DNA of 64,000 bases, from contig NC_057754.1 of NCBI RefSeq assembly GCF_004010195.1, forward strand, positions 3,725,728 through 3,789,727, given 5' to 3'. The stretch's first letter is position 1; every line of letters starts with the position of its first letter. The position numbers and the translations under genes were made by a program. This stretch comes from Chiloscyllium plagiosum. Its lineage: Eukaryota. The notes under the pieces were generated by a model that ran no database searches, was not told the origin of the DNA, and saw only the letters and a program-made list of their open reading frames with translations. Positions 1 to 12,861 of this stretch are shown here, in pieces.

Positions 1-2235
1 GGGGGGGGTGGTCTGAGGCTTTCTCTGCTACAGGAAGCAATTGAAATCAAAGCACTGAAGATTTGTGAGAAGGAGTTAGATATAGTTCTGAGGGCTAAAG
101 GAAGAAAGGAGAACAGGGGACTGAGTTGGATGGTTAGCCATGATCCTGATGAATGGCACACCAGGTTTGAAGGGCCGGTTCTTGTTTTCAGTGTTTAATC
201 TCTCCCGATCATAGATCTCCTCTGTTTCCCCAGTGGATCGCTGCCAGTCTCAGGCCCACAGCTGGGAAAATTGAATCAGCCACGATCCTATTGTATGCCT
301 GGGAGGGCTTACCACAACTAGACACAGGAGGGGTGGACCTGAGAGAAGTCATTTCCCCTTGACCCTTGACCCTGCCTTCTCCACCCTCTGATCATCAGCT
401 CTCACGCTGATTGGTGGAGCAATCGATCACTGGGCATCCCTTGACGACATTTCATTGGCTCACCCCTAGCCAGCATTGAGGGTCCACCAGCCTTCCCTGA
501 TTGGATAGTGGACCTGTTCCCTGGCCTTGGATTGACTGAGATGTTGTAAAGAGACCAGAGGCACCTGCAGTATTTGGCTTTCACTCCCACCCCTCTGGGG
601 CTCACGTTCCACCTCTCCATGGCGTTGGCTGTTTCTTGGGTATATTTTTAATCTCTAAGCCACCTCATCCTCCCACCCGGTTTAATGCCGTCTGCAAGCT
701 CAGATAGCTGGGCTCCAAGCACTGAGCGCTGTGCTAAGATCACCAAAGTCCCACTCCCTCATTAGAGAGAGGGGTAACTGTTTAAACCTGGGGCTCACCA
801 CACCTTAGGGAAGGGGTGAGGTTGAGATGACAGGATGTTCACAGCCACCCCAGCAGACATGGGCATTGAACCTATGCTGTCAGAGTCACTTTGACCATCA
901 CAATCCAGTCATCCAGCCAACTGAGCTAACCGATCAATCACTGCCCATCGCTCACAAAAAGGCCTGTTTATTTCTAAGCCTCGTTTCCTTGTCTATCTCT
1001 AACCATGAGTAAGAGAAAGACTAAAGATAAGAATTCAAAAGCATTCGATCTCTTTATTTGGTTGGTTGTTATTCTGTTTAACATCGGTTTAGTTATTAAC
1101 ACTGCCTTTTTATTTATCTCCCGCGTCTCTCTACTGACCAGTTTCACCAGGCGTTACCCGAGCACCTGGTCTGTAACCTGATTCAACCGACAGAGAGGAT
1201 TGACCCTGATGAGAGAGAGGATATCCGGATATCAGGTAGGTGCTCCATCAGGGAGAGGCACTGTCCGCCTAGTTACAGAGCTCGCGAATCAAGGGCTGCT
1301 ATTGACAGGGACAAGAGGCATTCCATCCACTGAGCTAACCATTAACACTGGGCAAAGGTGAAACACATCAGTCCTCCATCTTCAGGAGGAGTGGCACAGT
1401 TACCATCAGAAATGGGAACAGGATGAGGCCATTCAGCCCCTCAGGCCTGCTCTGCCATTCAATAGGATCACCGCTGATCGTGCCCTTTCCCTGGAACCCT
1501 GGATTCCCTGAATGGTCAGGAATCTATCTCATCCTTAAATATACAGAAGGGCTCTGCCCCCACCGCTCCCTGTGGCAAGGTGTTCCAAAGTCTCCCAGCC
1601 CTCAGAGAGAAGATGTTCCTCCTCAGCTCAGGCTTACATTGGTGCCCCGTGATTCTGAGACTGTGCCCCAATCCGTGACTCTCCCTATCACTGTCACCTC
1701 CTCCAGCCCCTACACCCCCTCCCTATCTCTGTAAACCTCCTACAGCCCCTACACCACACTGAAGTCTCTGTGCTTCAATTCTGAACATTCAGACAGTCCC
1801 GATTCCAATTCCTCCACCAACTGCACCACAAGTTCTCGAATTTCCTGTCGTCATCTCTCTCTCTCTCCTCCTTTAAGAGGTTCTTTAACCTGACCTCTCA
1901 GCAAGCATACAGACATCTGTTCCTAATATCCCCTTGCGTGGCTGATGATCAAACTTTATCCCCTGGATCGACTGCCTCAGAACATTTTTTGATGCAAACT
2001 CTGCTATACAAGTGCATTTTGTTGTGTTGAAACCCTGTAGGGGCATTCAGCTGAAAACCCTGCATCACCCTGCTGTCATTTTGTACAGAGTTGCGCGGAT
2101 CACTGTGTCTCCTTCTTTGACTTGTTACTCCTCAGGAACAAGCCATTCTTGAGGGTCTGCTCACTACCTCCCTCGGTTCCCCCTTCACCCAACTCCCTCC
2201 CCTTTCCCGGACGGGAGTGGGGGAGTTGCACTGAC

Positions 2236-2353
2236 CGAGGGCAGATCCCGGAGATTATGTATGCCTTGCGAAGGGCCCACGTGCACCAAGTGGTTGAAGT
2301 TGGTTGGACTGGAGATTAAGTTGGACCTTCTCTGGGGGTCTTTCAGCATCTCC
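2236..2353 (-). CDS. CDC42BPG: CDC42BPG (MRCK-gamma) exon encoding the CRIB domain
   Basis: Encodes [31 protein letters not shown] (CRIB consensus ISxPxxFxHxxHVG). Canonical tgtag acceptor and gtcagt donor; phase is compatible with the exon at 5901-6021. EMLKDP and NHLVHVGP favour the gamma paralog. Confidence 0.9.
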
Positions 2354-2586
2354 CTACAGAAGAGGAATAACAAAGGGTATGAGTTATTGAATGGTATCAG
2401 GGTGAACATCAGTTATCATAACCCCGGCCTCTTAAGACAGAGGGCAGAAGCTGACAATTTTTAAAAATATTAGAACACCGAACAGTACAGCACAGGAACA
2501 GGCCCTTCAGCCCACAGTGTTGTGCAGAACATGACGCCAAATTAAACTAATCCCTCTGCCAGTCCTTGGTCCTTATCCCTTGCATA

Positions 2587-2880
2587 TTAGATTAGATTAC
2601 TTACAGTGTGGAAACAGGCCCTTCGTCCCAACAAGTCCACACCGACCCTCCAAAAAGCAACCCACCCAGACTTTACATAACACTATGGACAATTTAACAT
2701 GGCCAGTTCACCTGACCTGCACATTTTTGGACTGTGGGAGGAAACCGGAGTACCTGGAGGAAACCCACGCAGACACGGGGAGAATGTGCAAACTCTACAC
2801 AGACAGTTGCCTGAGCCGGGAATTGAACCCGGGTCCTTGGCTCTGTGAGGCAACAGTGCTAACCACTGTGCCACCGTGCT
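2587..2880 (-). mobile_element. tRNA-derived V-SINE (HE1-like)
   Basis: On the minus strand: head GCACGGTGGCACAGTGGTTAGCAC with A/B boxes, V-SINE core, and (TCTAA)n tail. Confidence 0.85.
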
Positions 2881-2924
2881 GCATATTCATGCACATATTC
2901 ATGTGCTTATCTCAAGTCCCTTAT

Positions 2925-3640
2925 CATATCTGCCTCCACCCCCACCCCAGGAAGTGCGTTCCACACTCCTACCACACTCTGTGTAAAAACAACTTGCCCC
3001 TCACATCTCCTTTGACCTTTCCCCCTCTCACCTTAAATGCAAGGCCCCTAGTTTAACTCTGGGAAAAAGATCCTGACCATCAACCCTCTCTCTGCATCTC
3101 ATAATTTGATAGAATTCTCTCAAGTCTCCCCTCAGCCTCCAGAGAAAACAATCTGAGTTTTTCCAGCCTCTCCTTACAGTTCATACCCTCCAATCCAGGC
3201 AGCTTCCTGGTAAACCTCTTCTGTACCCTCTCCAAAGCCTGCACGCCCTTCCTGTAATGTGAACACAATACCCTAAGTGGCCAAATCAAAGTCATATAAA
3301 GCTGCAACATGACACCCTGACTCTAGTACTCAATTCCCTGACCAATAAAGGCAAACATGTCATACCACCCTATCTACTCACCTGGCCACTTTCAGAGAGC
3401 TATGGACTTGAACCAAAAGATCACTCTGTACATCAATGCTGCTCAGGGCCCTGCCATTAACCATATACTTTCCCAAACATTTGATCTCTGAAAGTGCAAC
3501 ACCTCACACTTACCCAGATTAAACTCCATCTGCCATTTCTCTGCCCATTGTCTGCAACTGATCTGTATCCAAATGTGTCCTTTGACAATCTTCTATACTA
3601 TCCACAACTCCACCAATCTTGGTATCGTCTGCAAATGTAT
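2925..3640 (-). mobile_element. Decayed CR1/HER1-type LINE 3' fragment
   Basis: Minus-strand translation ALERVQKRFTRKLPGLEG resembles the CR1 ORF2 C-terminus; frameshifted. Confidence 0.8.
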
Positions 3641-4789
3641 TCTGTCCTGAGGGAACAACTTGCCTTGAATAAATTAGGGAATGGCGATGACTTAGTGATA
3701 TTAAGTTTTGTTTTATTCATTTGTGAGATGTGGGTGTTGCTGGTTAGGCCAGCATTTATTGTCTGTCCCTAGTTGCCCCTTGAGCAGGTAGGGGTGAGTT
3801 GCCTTCTTGAACTGCTACAGTCCACCTGCTGCGGGTTGACCCGCAATGTCACAGGGGAGGGAATTCCAGGATTTTGTCCCAGTGACAGTGAAGGAACAGC
3901 GATATATTCCCAGGTCAGGATGGTGAGTAGCGCAAAGGACAACTCGCAGGGAGTGTATCTGCTGCCCTTGTCCTTCTAGATAAAAGTGGCCGTGGGTTTG
4001 GAAGGTGCTGTCTGAGGATCTTTGGTGAGTTTCTGCAGTGCATCTTGTAGACGGTACACACTGCTGCTACTGAGCTTCGGTGGGTGGAGGAAGTGGATTC
4101 TTGTGGATGTGGTGCCAGTCAAGTGGGGGATGCTTTGTCCTGGATTGCAGGATTGTTAATCCTAAGACCCAGGTAGTGTTCTGAAGACCTGGGTTTGAAT
4201 CCCACCACCTGGTTCACTAATATTCTTTACAGAAGGAAACTGCCATCTTTACCTGGTCTGGCCTACACATGATTCCAGACCCACAGCAATGTGGTTGACT
4301 CTTAACTGCCCTCTGGGCAATTAGGGATGGGCAATAAATGCAGGCAAAGGCAGTGACGCCCTCATCCCGTGAACGAATATACAGTAAATAAAGAAACGAC
4401 TTGCCCGGCCTTTCAGAAGGCAGTTAAGAGTCAACCCCATTGCCTTGAGTCTGGAGTCACATGTAGGCCAGACTGGGTAAGGATGCTTTTGCCTTCCTGA
4501 AATTAGTGAACCAAACAGTGCTTTATAGAAGATAGTTTCATGGTTACTCTGACAATTACAGATGGTATTTAGCAATTATCTGATGTCATTACCTTTATTT
4601 TTTTTTAAAAATTCTAACTGCAATGAGTCATGAGAGAGAGAGTGACACACACAAACATTGTCAATGTTGCCAGGAATTAGTTCAATGCAAGTAGCAGAGG
4701 AATAAGCCAGTTTCCGTTGTTATGAGACTATTTATGACTAATGTGGGTGGCTGTTTCAGAATCAGGATGTCAGACACAAGGACACCTCA

Positions 4790-5612
4790 GTATCCAGTAC
4801 AGGAGTTGGGAGATCATGTTGCGGCTGTACAAAATGTTGGTTAGGCCACTTTTGGAATACAGTGTTCAATTCTGGTCTCCCTGCTACAGATGTTGTGGAA
4901 CTTGAAAGAGTTCAGAAAAGATTTACAAGGATGTTGCCAGGGTTGGAGGGTTTGAGCTATTAGAGAGAGGCTGAATAGGCTGGGGCTGTTTTCCCTGGAG
5001 TGTTGGAGGCTGAGGGGTAACCTTATAGAAGTTTATAAAATCATGAGGGGACATGGATTGGGTGAATAGCCAAGGGTAGGGGAGTCAAAAACTGGAGGAC
5101 ATCGGTTTAAGGTGAGAAGGGAAAGATTTTAAAGGGACCTAAGGGGCAACTTGTTCATGCAGAGGGTGGTACGTGTGTGGAATGAACTGCCAGAATGGCC
5201 AAACAAATATCCTGTATAGCCGCATCATGGCCTCCCAACTCCTGTACTCAATGCACTGGCCAATAAAGGAAAGCATACCAAATGCCTTCTTCACTATCCT
5301 ATCTACCTGTGACTCCACTTTCAAAGGGCTATGAACCTGCACTCCAAGATCTCTTTGTTCAGCAATACTCCCTAGGACCTTACCATTAAGTGTATAAGTC
5401 CTGCCCTGGTTTGCATTTCCCAAAATGCAGCACCTCGCATTTATCTGAATTGAACTCCATCTGCCACTCCTCGGCCCATTGACCCATCTGATCAAGGTAT
5501 ATCTTCACTGCCCACTGTACCACCAATGTTGGTGTCATCTGCAAACTTACTAACTGTATCTCCTGTGTTCGCATCCAAATCATTTATATAAATGACAAAA
5601 AGCAGCGGACCC
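4790..5612. mobile_element. Two CR1-type LINE fragments in opposite orientations
   Basis: + strand 4790-5195 (EYSVQFWSP ... HRFKVR) abuts - strand 5198-5612 (WAEEWQMEFNSDKCEVLHFG). Confidence 0.8.
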
Positions 5613-5900
5613 TGAAAACCTTGAGGTATTTGATAGCATCAGTGGGATTGCCCCTATCTGAGAGGGCAGGTGGGGATGGGGGTGGGGTTTTTGCTTTGAC
5701 AGTTCATGGCCAAAAGATGATACCGCTGACAGCGCAACACTCCTTCACAATCAACGCTTCGGGCTCTAGGCTGTGGACCACCTAGCTCATAATGTCTCAG
5801 CCTTGGAGCCTCACCTCTGGGCCTTTGTTATTGGGTTCAGGATCCAGTTGCCCCCAAGATTCAACCCCTAATGCATTCCCTCCTCACCCTGTCCTCTCAC

Positions 5901-6021
5901 CTTAACTGCTGGAATCGTTCCTCCTCGGAGATTCGGAAAGCAAACCGTCTTTTACTCTTGGTGCGGTGCATTTGCCGCCTGATATTCCCAGTCTTCTCCG
6001 GGATGAGGAAATCATCGGTCC
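5901..6021 (-). CDS. CDC42BPG: CDC42BPG exon, CNH-CRIB linker
   Basis: Encodes GTDDFLIPEKTGNIRRQMHRTKSKRRFAFRISEEERFQQLR. ctag acceptor and gtgag donor; 121 nt with phases matching both neighbours. Not in the ORF track. Confidence 0.9.
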
Positions 6022-6282
6022 CTAGCCAGGTCATTAAGGAGAAAGAGAAACCATTACACATGCAATATAGGAGTTGGGGCGTAAGTTGAGATTGTACAGG
6101 ACGTTGGTGAGGCCAGTTCTGGAGTACTGTGCCCAGTTCTGGTCACCCTACTAGAGGATGGATATTATCACACTGGAGAGGTTTCAGAAGAGGTTTACCA
6201 GGATGGTCCCAGGAGTGGAGGGTTTGAATTATAAGGAGAGGCTGGGTAGGCTGAGACTTTTTTCACTGGAGCATAGGAGGTT

Positions 6283-8494
6283 ACTACAGCTGTTATGGGG
6301 GATTTCAACATGCAAGTAGACTGGGAGAATCAGGGTGGTATTGGACCTCAAGAAAGAGACTTTGTGCCTCCGAGATGGATTCTTAGATAAGCTGGTGCTG
6401 CAGCCTACCAGGGAGAAGGCAATGCTGGATCTGGTATTGTGCAACGAACCAGAATTGATCAGGGACCTCGAAGTGAAGGAGCCATTGGGAAGTAGTGNNN
6501 NNNNNNNNNNNNNNNNNNNNNNNNNNNNNNNNNNNNNNNNNNNNNNNNNNAACTATGGAGCTATGAGGGAGGAGCTGGCTAAAGTGCAATGGTGCAATAC
6601 CTTAGTAGGGATGACAATGGAGGAACAATGGCAGATGTTTCTGTGTATAATACAAAAGATGCAGGATCAGTTCATTCCAAAAAGGAAGAAAGATCCTAGG
6701 AGGAGGCATGGGTGGCCGTGGCTGACGAGGGAAGTTAAGAAACACATAAAGTTAAAAGAGAAAAAGTATAANNNNNNNNNNNNNNNNNNNNNNNNNNNNN
6801 NNNNNNNNNNNNNNNNNNNNNNNNNNNNNNNNNNNNNNNNNNNNNNNNNNNNNNNNNNNNNNNNNNNNNNNNNNNNNNNNNNNNNNNNNNNNNNNNNNNN
6901 NNNNNNNNNNNNNNNNNNNNNNNNNNNNNNNNNNNNNNNNNNNNNNNNNNNNNNNNNNNNNNNNNNNNNNNNNNNNNNNNNNNNNNNNNNNNNNNNNNNN
7001 NNNNNNNNNNNNNNNNNNNNNNNNNNNNNNNNNNNNNNNNNNNNNNNNNNNNNNNNNNNNNNNNNNNNNNNNNNNNNNNNNNNNNNNNNNNNNNNNNNNN
7101 NNNNNNNNNNNNNNNNNNNNNNNNNNNNNNNNNNNNNNNNNNNNNNNNNNNNNNNNNNNNNNNNNNNNNNNNNNNNNNNNNNNNNNNNNNNNNNNNNNNN
7201 NNNNNNNNNNNNNNNNNNNNNNNNNNNNNNNNNNNNNNNNNNNNNNNNNNNNNNNNNNNNNNNNNNNNNNNNNNNNNNNNNNNNNNNNNNNNNNNNNNNN
7301 NNNNNNNNNNNNNNNNNNNNNNNNNNNNNNNNNNNNNNNNNNNNNNNNNNNNNNNNNNNNNNNNNNNNNNNNNNNNNNNNNNNNNNNNNNNNNNNNNNNN
7401 NNNNNNNNNNNNNNNNNNNNNNNNNNNNNNNNNNNNNNNNNNNNNNNNNNNNNNNNNNNNNNNNNNNNNNNNNATTTTGGAATGGCAGGCAGTGACCAGT
7501 GGGGTACCGCAGGGATCAGTACTGGGACCGCAGCTTTTTACAATCTATCTTCATGATATACAAGATGGTATTAGCAATAACATTCGCAAATTTCATCAGC
7601 TGGGTGGCAGGGTGAAATGTGATGAGGATGTTAGGAGATTACAGGGTGACCTGGACAGGTTAGGTGAGTGGACAGATGCATGGCAGCTGCAGTTTAATGT
7701 GGGTAAATGTATGGTAATCCACTTTGGTGGCAAGGACAGGGAGGCAGATTACTACCTAAATGGAATCACTTTAGGTAAAGGGGCAGTACAGAGAGATCTG
7801 GGTGTTCTTGTACACCAGTCAATGAAGGTAAGCATGCAGGTACAGCAGGTAGTGAAGAAGGCTAATAGCATGCTGGCCTTCATAACAAGAGGGATTGAGT
7901 ATATAAGCAAAGAGGCTCTTCTGCAGCAGGACAGGGCCTTGGTGAGACCACACCTGGAGTATTGTGTGCAGTTCTGGTCTCCAAATTTGAGGAAAGACAT
8001 TCTGGCTATTGAGGGAGTGCAGTGTAGGTTCACGAGGTCAATTCCTGGAATGGCGGGACTACCTTACACTGAAAGACTGGAGAGGCTGGGCTTGTATACC
8101 ATTGAGTTTGGAATGAGAGGGGATCTGATTGAGACATATAAGATTATTAAAGGATTGGACACTCTGGAGGCAGGAAACATGTTTCCACTGATGGGTGAGT
8201 GCCGAACCAGAGGACACAGCTTAAAAATACGGGGTAGACCATTTAGGATAGAGATGAGGAGAAACTTCTTCACCCAGAGAGTGGTGGCTGTGTGGAAAAC
8301 TCTGCCCCAGAGGGCAGTGGAGGCCCAGTCTCTGGATTCATTTAAGAAAGAGTTGGATAGAGCGCTCAAGGATAGTGGAATCAAGGATTATGGAGATAAG
8401 GCAGGAACAGGATACTGATTAAGGATGATCAGCCATTGAATGGTGGTGCAGGCTTGAAGGGCAGAATGCCTACTCCTGCACCTATTGTCTATTG
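6283..8494 (+). mobile_element. Younger CR1 LINE ORF2 (endonuclease end plus RT, partly N), nested in an older CR1 fragment (6061-6282 / 8495-8865)
   Basis: GDFN, QPTREKAMLDLVL and SGVPQGSVLGP motifs; open 313-aa C-terminal ORF at 7477-8418; CTATTGT-repeat tail. The catalytic FADD is missing (KFHQLGG instead of KFADDTKLGG). Confidence 0.9.
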
Positions 8495-9126
8495 TTGAGA
8501 GGCGACCTTATAGAGGTTTATAAAATCATGAGGGGTATAGATAAGGTGAGTGGCAGGTATCTTTTCCCTAGGGTGGGGGATTTCAAAACTAGGGAGCTCC
8601 TTTTTAAGGTGAAAGGAGAAAGATTTAAAAAGGACATGTGAGGTAATTTTTATTTACACAGAGAGTGGTTCGTGTGTGGAATGAACTTCCTGAGGAAGTG
8701 GTGGATGCCGGCACAGTTACAACATTTAAAAGACATTTGGATAAGGACATGGATAGGAAAGGGTTCAGAGGGATATGGGCCAGGAGTAGGCACGTGGGAC
8801 TAGTTTAATTTGGGATTATGGTCGGCAAGAACTAGTTGGATTGAAGGGTCTGTTTCTGTGCTCTTGTCTTAAATGGGAGATCCCTTATTGAATGCTGTGA
8901 CCTGTAGTTCTAGTCTTACACAAATAAAATACTACATGTCACCTCAAAATCTTATATGTTTTAATGCAATCATCCCTCCATTCCAACAGAATGATACCCA
9001 ATCAGTCCAACCATTCCTCCTAAATGAGGCCCCACATCCCAGGTATCAGTTGAATGAGAAAAGAGACAGAGTGAGAGAGAGAGAGAGAGAGAGAGAGGAC
9101 TCTCTCTAAGAGGTTAGAATCTTTCA

Positions 9127-9725
9127 CGCACAGCACAGTGGTGCAGTGGTTAGCACTGCTGCCCCATGTTCAATTCCACCCTCAGGCAACTGCCTATGTA
9201 GAGTTTGCACATTCTCCCTGTGTCTGTCTGCAGTTTCCTCCCACAGTCCAAAGATGTGCAGGTTGGGGTGGATTGGCAATGCTAAGTTGCCCACAGTGTC
9301 CAGGGATGTGCAGGCTACGTGGGTTAGCCACGGGAGGTGCAGGATTACGGGTCTGAATGGGATGCTCTTCAGAATGTTGGTGTGAACTCGAGGGGCCAAA
9401 TGGCCTACTCCCATGCTGTAGGGAGCTTAGATTTAGATTCGATTCCCTACAGGGTGGAAACAGGCCATTTGGCCCAACAAGTCCACACCGACTCTTTGAA
9501 GAGTATCCCACCCAGACCCATATCCCTCTGACTACCTCACACTATGGGCAATTCACCTGGCCTGCACATCTTTGGTTTGTGGGATGAAACCGGAGCATCC
9601 GGAGGAAACCCACGCAGACACAGGGAGAACGTGCAAACTCCAAACAGATAGTTGCCCGAGGGCGGAATCGAACCCTGTGGCGCTATGAGGCAGCAGTGCT
9701 AACCACTGAGCCATCGTGCCGCCCA
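9127..9725. mobile_element. Tail-to-tail pair of HE1-like SINEs
   Basis: + copy at ~9127-9435 and - copy at ~9430-9725, each with tRNA-like head and core. Confidence 0.8.
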
Positions 9726-9806
9726 TTCTATTCTATGACATACAAAGAACCTCATCTGAATGAGTCACAACAATGTCCTCAAGTCAACAAACATGTCGTT
9801 TCTGAC

Positions 9807-9891
9807 CTGCTTCCTTCATGCGTAGGTAGATTAGCCGGAAGGGCTCACTTGCTGAGAGATTCAGGGATCCATTTGAGTTCAGGGGCCGAAC
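9807..9891 (-). CDS. CDC42BPG: CDC42BPG exon, end of CNH domain
   Basis: Encodes VRPLNSNGSLNLSASEPFRLIYLRMKEA. ttgcag acceptor and gtcag donor; 85 nt. Confidence 0.88.
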
Positions 9892-10115
9892 CTGCAAGAG
9901 TTCAAACCCGTGAATTAATTCAGCATGGTGTATGTATCATCACAGGACCAAACCAGGCCTGGTAATCACCAAGAGGCCTCTAAATGGGAACCAGTTAGCG
10001 TTGTGACTCTGGGATTAGAAGGCCTGTGGTTTTACGCCCCGCTCTCGGCCCTTCTCCTGCCCCCTCACCCACCCCATCCACATCCATCTCGTTTCTCAGC
10101 CCTCTGCCTCCTTAC

Positions 10116-10213
10116 TTTCTTCAGGGGAATAGTCTGGATCCACTCGCCGGTCCTCACTTCAAATATATTCATTGCATTCTCGCTGTACACGGTCAGGTAC
10201 GGTCCGTGACAAG
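10116..10213 (-). CDS. CDC42BPG: CDC42BPG exon, CNH domain
   Basis: Encodes CHGPYLTVYSENAMNIFEVRTGEWIQTIPLKK, typical of the MRCK CNH domain. tttccctgcag acceptor and gtaag donor. Confidence 0.9.
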
Positions 10214-10569
10214 CTGCAGGGAAACAAAAACCACAAGTATTAACCCATACTCCACAAGAGCTGACCAATTCCCCCACCCTAGTCTACAATGATCTCTTCC
10301 CCCCATCCCAAAACCTCAGGGTTAGACAGATGAGAGTGTTGTGACGGTTGAGAAATTAGCTGGGCTCTTTGATGCATCGAGTGAGTGAGCGTTTATGGGT
10401 GCCCTCCATTGTTGAGTAGACCTCCTCAGTTGAATCGCGATGGACACACAGTAACGTCACTGGGAACACAAACTACCAATAGGTTCCTCTTCAAGTGAAT
10501 TGCCCAATCCAGAAACAGGCCACTTGGCACATCTGCTCCCTGCCACCCCACTCTCCACCTCTTTTTCAA

Positions 10570-11225
10570 CCTATCCCATGAACACTTGAAAGTGGAGTCG
10601 CAGGGAGGCAGGGTGGTGAAGGACACATTTGGCATGCTTGCCTTCAGTGCTCATTGCATTAAGCATAGGAGTTGGGAGGTCATGTTGCGTCTGTACAGGA
10701 CATTAGTGAGGTCACCTTTGGAATACTGTGTTCAATTCTGGTCTCCCTGCTGTAGGAAAGATGTTGTGAAACTTGGAACGGTGCAGAAAAGACTTACAAC
10801 GATATTGCCAGGGTTGGAGGGTTTGAGCTATAGGGAGAGGCTGAATAGGCTGGGGCAGTGTAAGAAACTAAGGGGTTTATAGTGGTTCATAAAATCATGA
10901 GGGGCATCGATAGGGAGAATAATCAAGGTCTTTTTCCTGGGGTAGGGGAGGCATTGGTTTAAGGTGAGAGGGGAAAGATTTGAAAGGGATCTGAGGGGCA
11001 ACTTTTTCACACAAAAGGTGGTGTGTGTATGGAATGAGCTGCAGGAGGAAGTGGTGGAGGCTGGTACAATGACAGCATTCAAAAACATCTAGATGGGTAT
11101 ACGAATAGGAAAGGTTTGGAGGGACATGGGAGGCAAATGGGACTAGATGAATTTAGGATATCTAGTCAGAATGGACAAGTTGGACTGAAGGGCCGTTTCC
11201 ACGCTGTACAGCTCTGTGACACTAT
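10570..11225 (+). mobile_element. CR1/HER1 LINE 3' fragment
   Basis: Translates to LYRTLVRSPLEYCVQFWSP ... RERLNRLG, followed by the typical 3' tail. Confidence 0.8.
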
Positions 11226-11621
11226 AACACCTCTTCCTTTGCCCTAGTGTTTATCTAGCTTTCCCTTGAATACGTCCAGGCAATTCAATGGACCTTCTCT
11301 TTGTGGTAGTGAGTTCCACATTCTCCCTGGGTAAGGAGGTTTATCCTCAGTTCTCCAATTGGATTTCTAAGTGACTGTTTGACATAGATTACACCAAGTT
11401 ATTGTCTCACAGAGAAGTAGACATGTTGTCTCTACAACTGCTGGAGCAAACCTTTAATGACTTCTTTAAGGATCATGTCTTCTCCATTTCAGGGTAAAGA
11501 CATCCAGCCTAAACAATCACTACTGATGGGTGGGACCTCTCAGCTGTGGGATCGTTCAAGTAGATTTGTTTTGCACGTTCCCCAATGCTTCTTTTAATAA
11601 TGCAGTGACCAGGCTCATCAC

Positions 11622-12121
11622 NNNNNNNNNNNNNNNNNNNNNNNNNNNNNNNNNNNNNNNNNNNNNNNNNNNNNNNNNNNNNNNNNNNNNNNNNNNNNNN
11701 NNNNNNNNNNNNNNNNNNNNNNNNNNNNNNNNNNNNNNNNNNNNNNNNNNNNNNNNNNNNNNNNNNNNNNNNNNNNNNNNNNNNNNNNNNNNNNNNNNNN
11801 NNNNNNNNNNNNNNNNNNNNNNNNNNNNNNNNNNNNNNNNNNNNNNNNNNNNNNNNNNNNNNNNNNNNNNNNNNNNNNNNNNNNNNNNNNNNNNNNNNNN
11901 NNNNNNNNNNNNNNNNNNNNNNNNNNNNNNNNNNNNNNNNNNNNNNNNNNNNNNNNNNNNNNNNNNNNNNNNNNNNNNNNNNNNNNNNNNNNNNNNNNNN
12001 NNNNNNNNNNNNNNNNNNNNNNNNNNNNNNNNNNNNNNNNNNNNNNNNNNNNNNNNNNNNNNNNNNNNNNNNNNNNNNNNNNNNNNNNNNNNNNNNNNNN
12101 NNNNNNNNNNNNNNNNNNNNN
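11622..12121. other. 500-N scaffold gap
   Basis: Exactly 500 N. The genes on both sides are truncated at it. Confidence 0.95.
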
Positions 12122-12192
12122 CTCGCAGACAGTTGTCAGGAGTGTGGAGTGAGTGTTGGCCACAATGCTGAATAATCATTGTGTTTCAGTAT

Positions 12193-12830
12193 GAGTGACC
12201 CTTACCCTGCTGAATAAACCCTGACTCTGTACGGTTACACAGTGAGTGACCTTTCCCTGCTGAATAAACACGCACTCTGTACAGTTACACAGCGAGTGGC
12301 CCTTACCCTGCTGAATAAACCCTGACTCTGTACGGTTACACAGTGAGTGACCCTTACCCTGCTGAATAAACACTGACTCTGTACATTTACACAGCGAGTG
12401 ACCCTTGCGCTGCTGAATAGACACTGACTCTGTACGGTTACACAGTGAGTGACCCTTACCCTGCTGAATAAACACGCACTCTGTACAGTTACACAGTGAG
12501 TGACCCTTACCCTGCTGATTAAACCCTGACTCTGTACGGTTACACAGTCAGTGACCCTTACCCTGCTGAATAAACCCTGACTCTGTACGGTTACACAGTG
12601 AGTGACCCTTACCCTGCTGAATAAACACTGACCCTGTACGGTTACACAGTGACCCTTACCCTGCTGAATAAACACTGACTCTGTACAGTTACACAGTGAG
12701 TGACCCTTACCCTGCTGAATAAACCCTGACTCTGTACGGTTACACAGTGAGTGACCCTTACCCTGCTGAATAAACCCTGACTCTGTACGGTTACACAGTG
12801 AGTGACCCTTATCCTGCTGAATAAACACTG
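12193..12830. repeat. 51-bp minisatellite (~12 copies)
   Basis: Unit GAGTGACCCTTACCCTGCTGAATAAACCCTGACTCTGTACGGTTACACAGT; it produces the 17-aa periodic ORFs in the track. Confidence 0.95.
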
Positions 12831-12831
12831 A

Positions 12832-12861
12832 CCCTAACCCTAACCCTAACCCTAACCCTGA
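12832..12861. repeat. Short interstitial telomeric tract (CCCTAA)4 CCCTGA
   Basis: Directly visible at the end of the minisatellite. Confidence 0.85.

Noticed and set aside
2102-2156. Possible next CDC42BPG exon (TLKNGLFLRSNKSKKETQ*)
   Set aside because: The implied 79-nt intron has no polypyrimidine tract and the peptide shows no recognisable MRCK similarity.
11530-12828. ORFs spanning N runs or the 51-bp repeat (also 6335-7495, 25216-26037 and 34369-34943)
   Set aside because: Open only because of Ns or tandem periodicity; genuine coding parts are listed separately.
12832-12861. True telomere or chromosome end
   Set aside because: Only four perfect units, and they lie inside a ZNRD2 intron.
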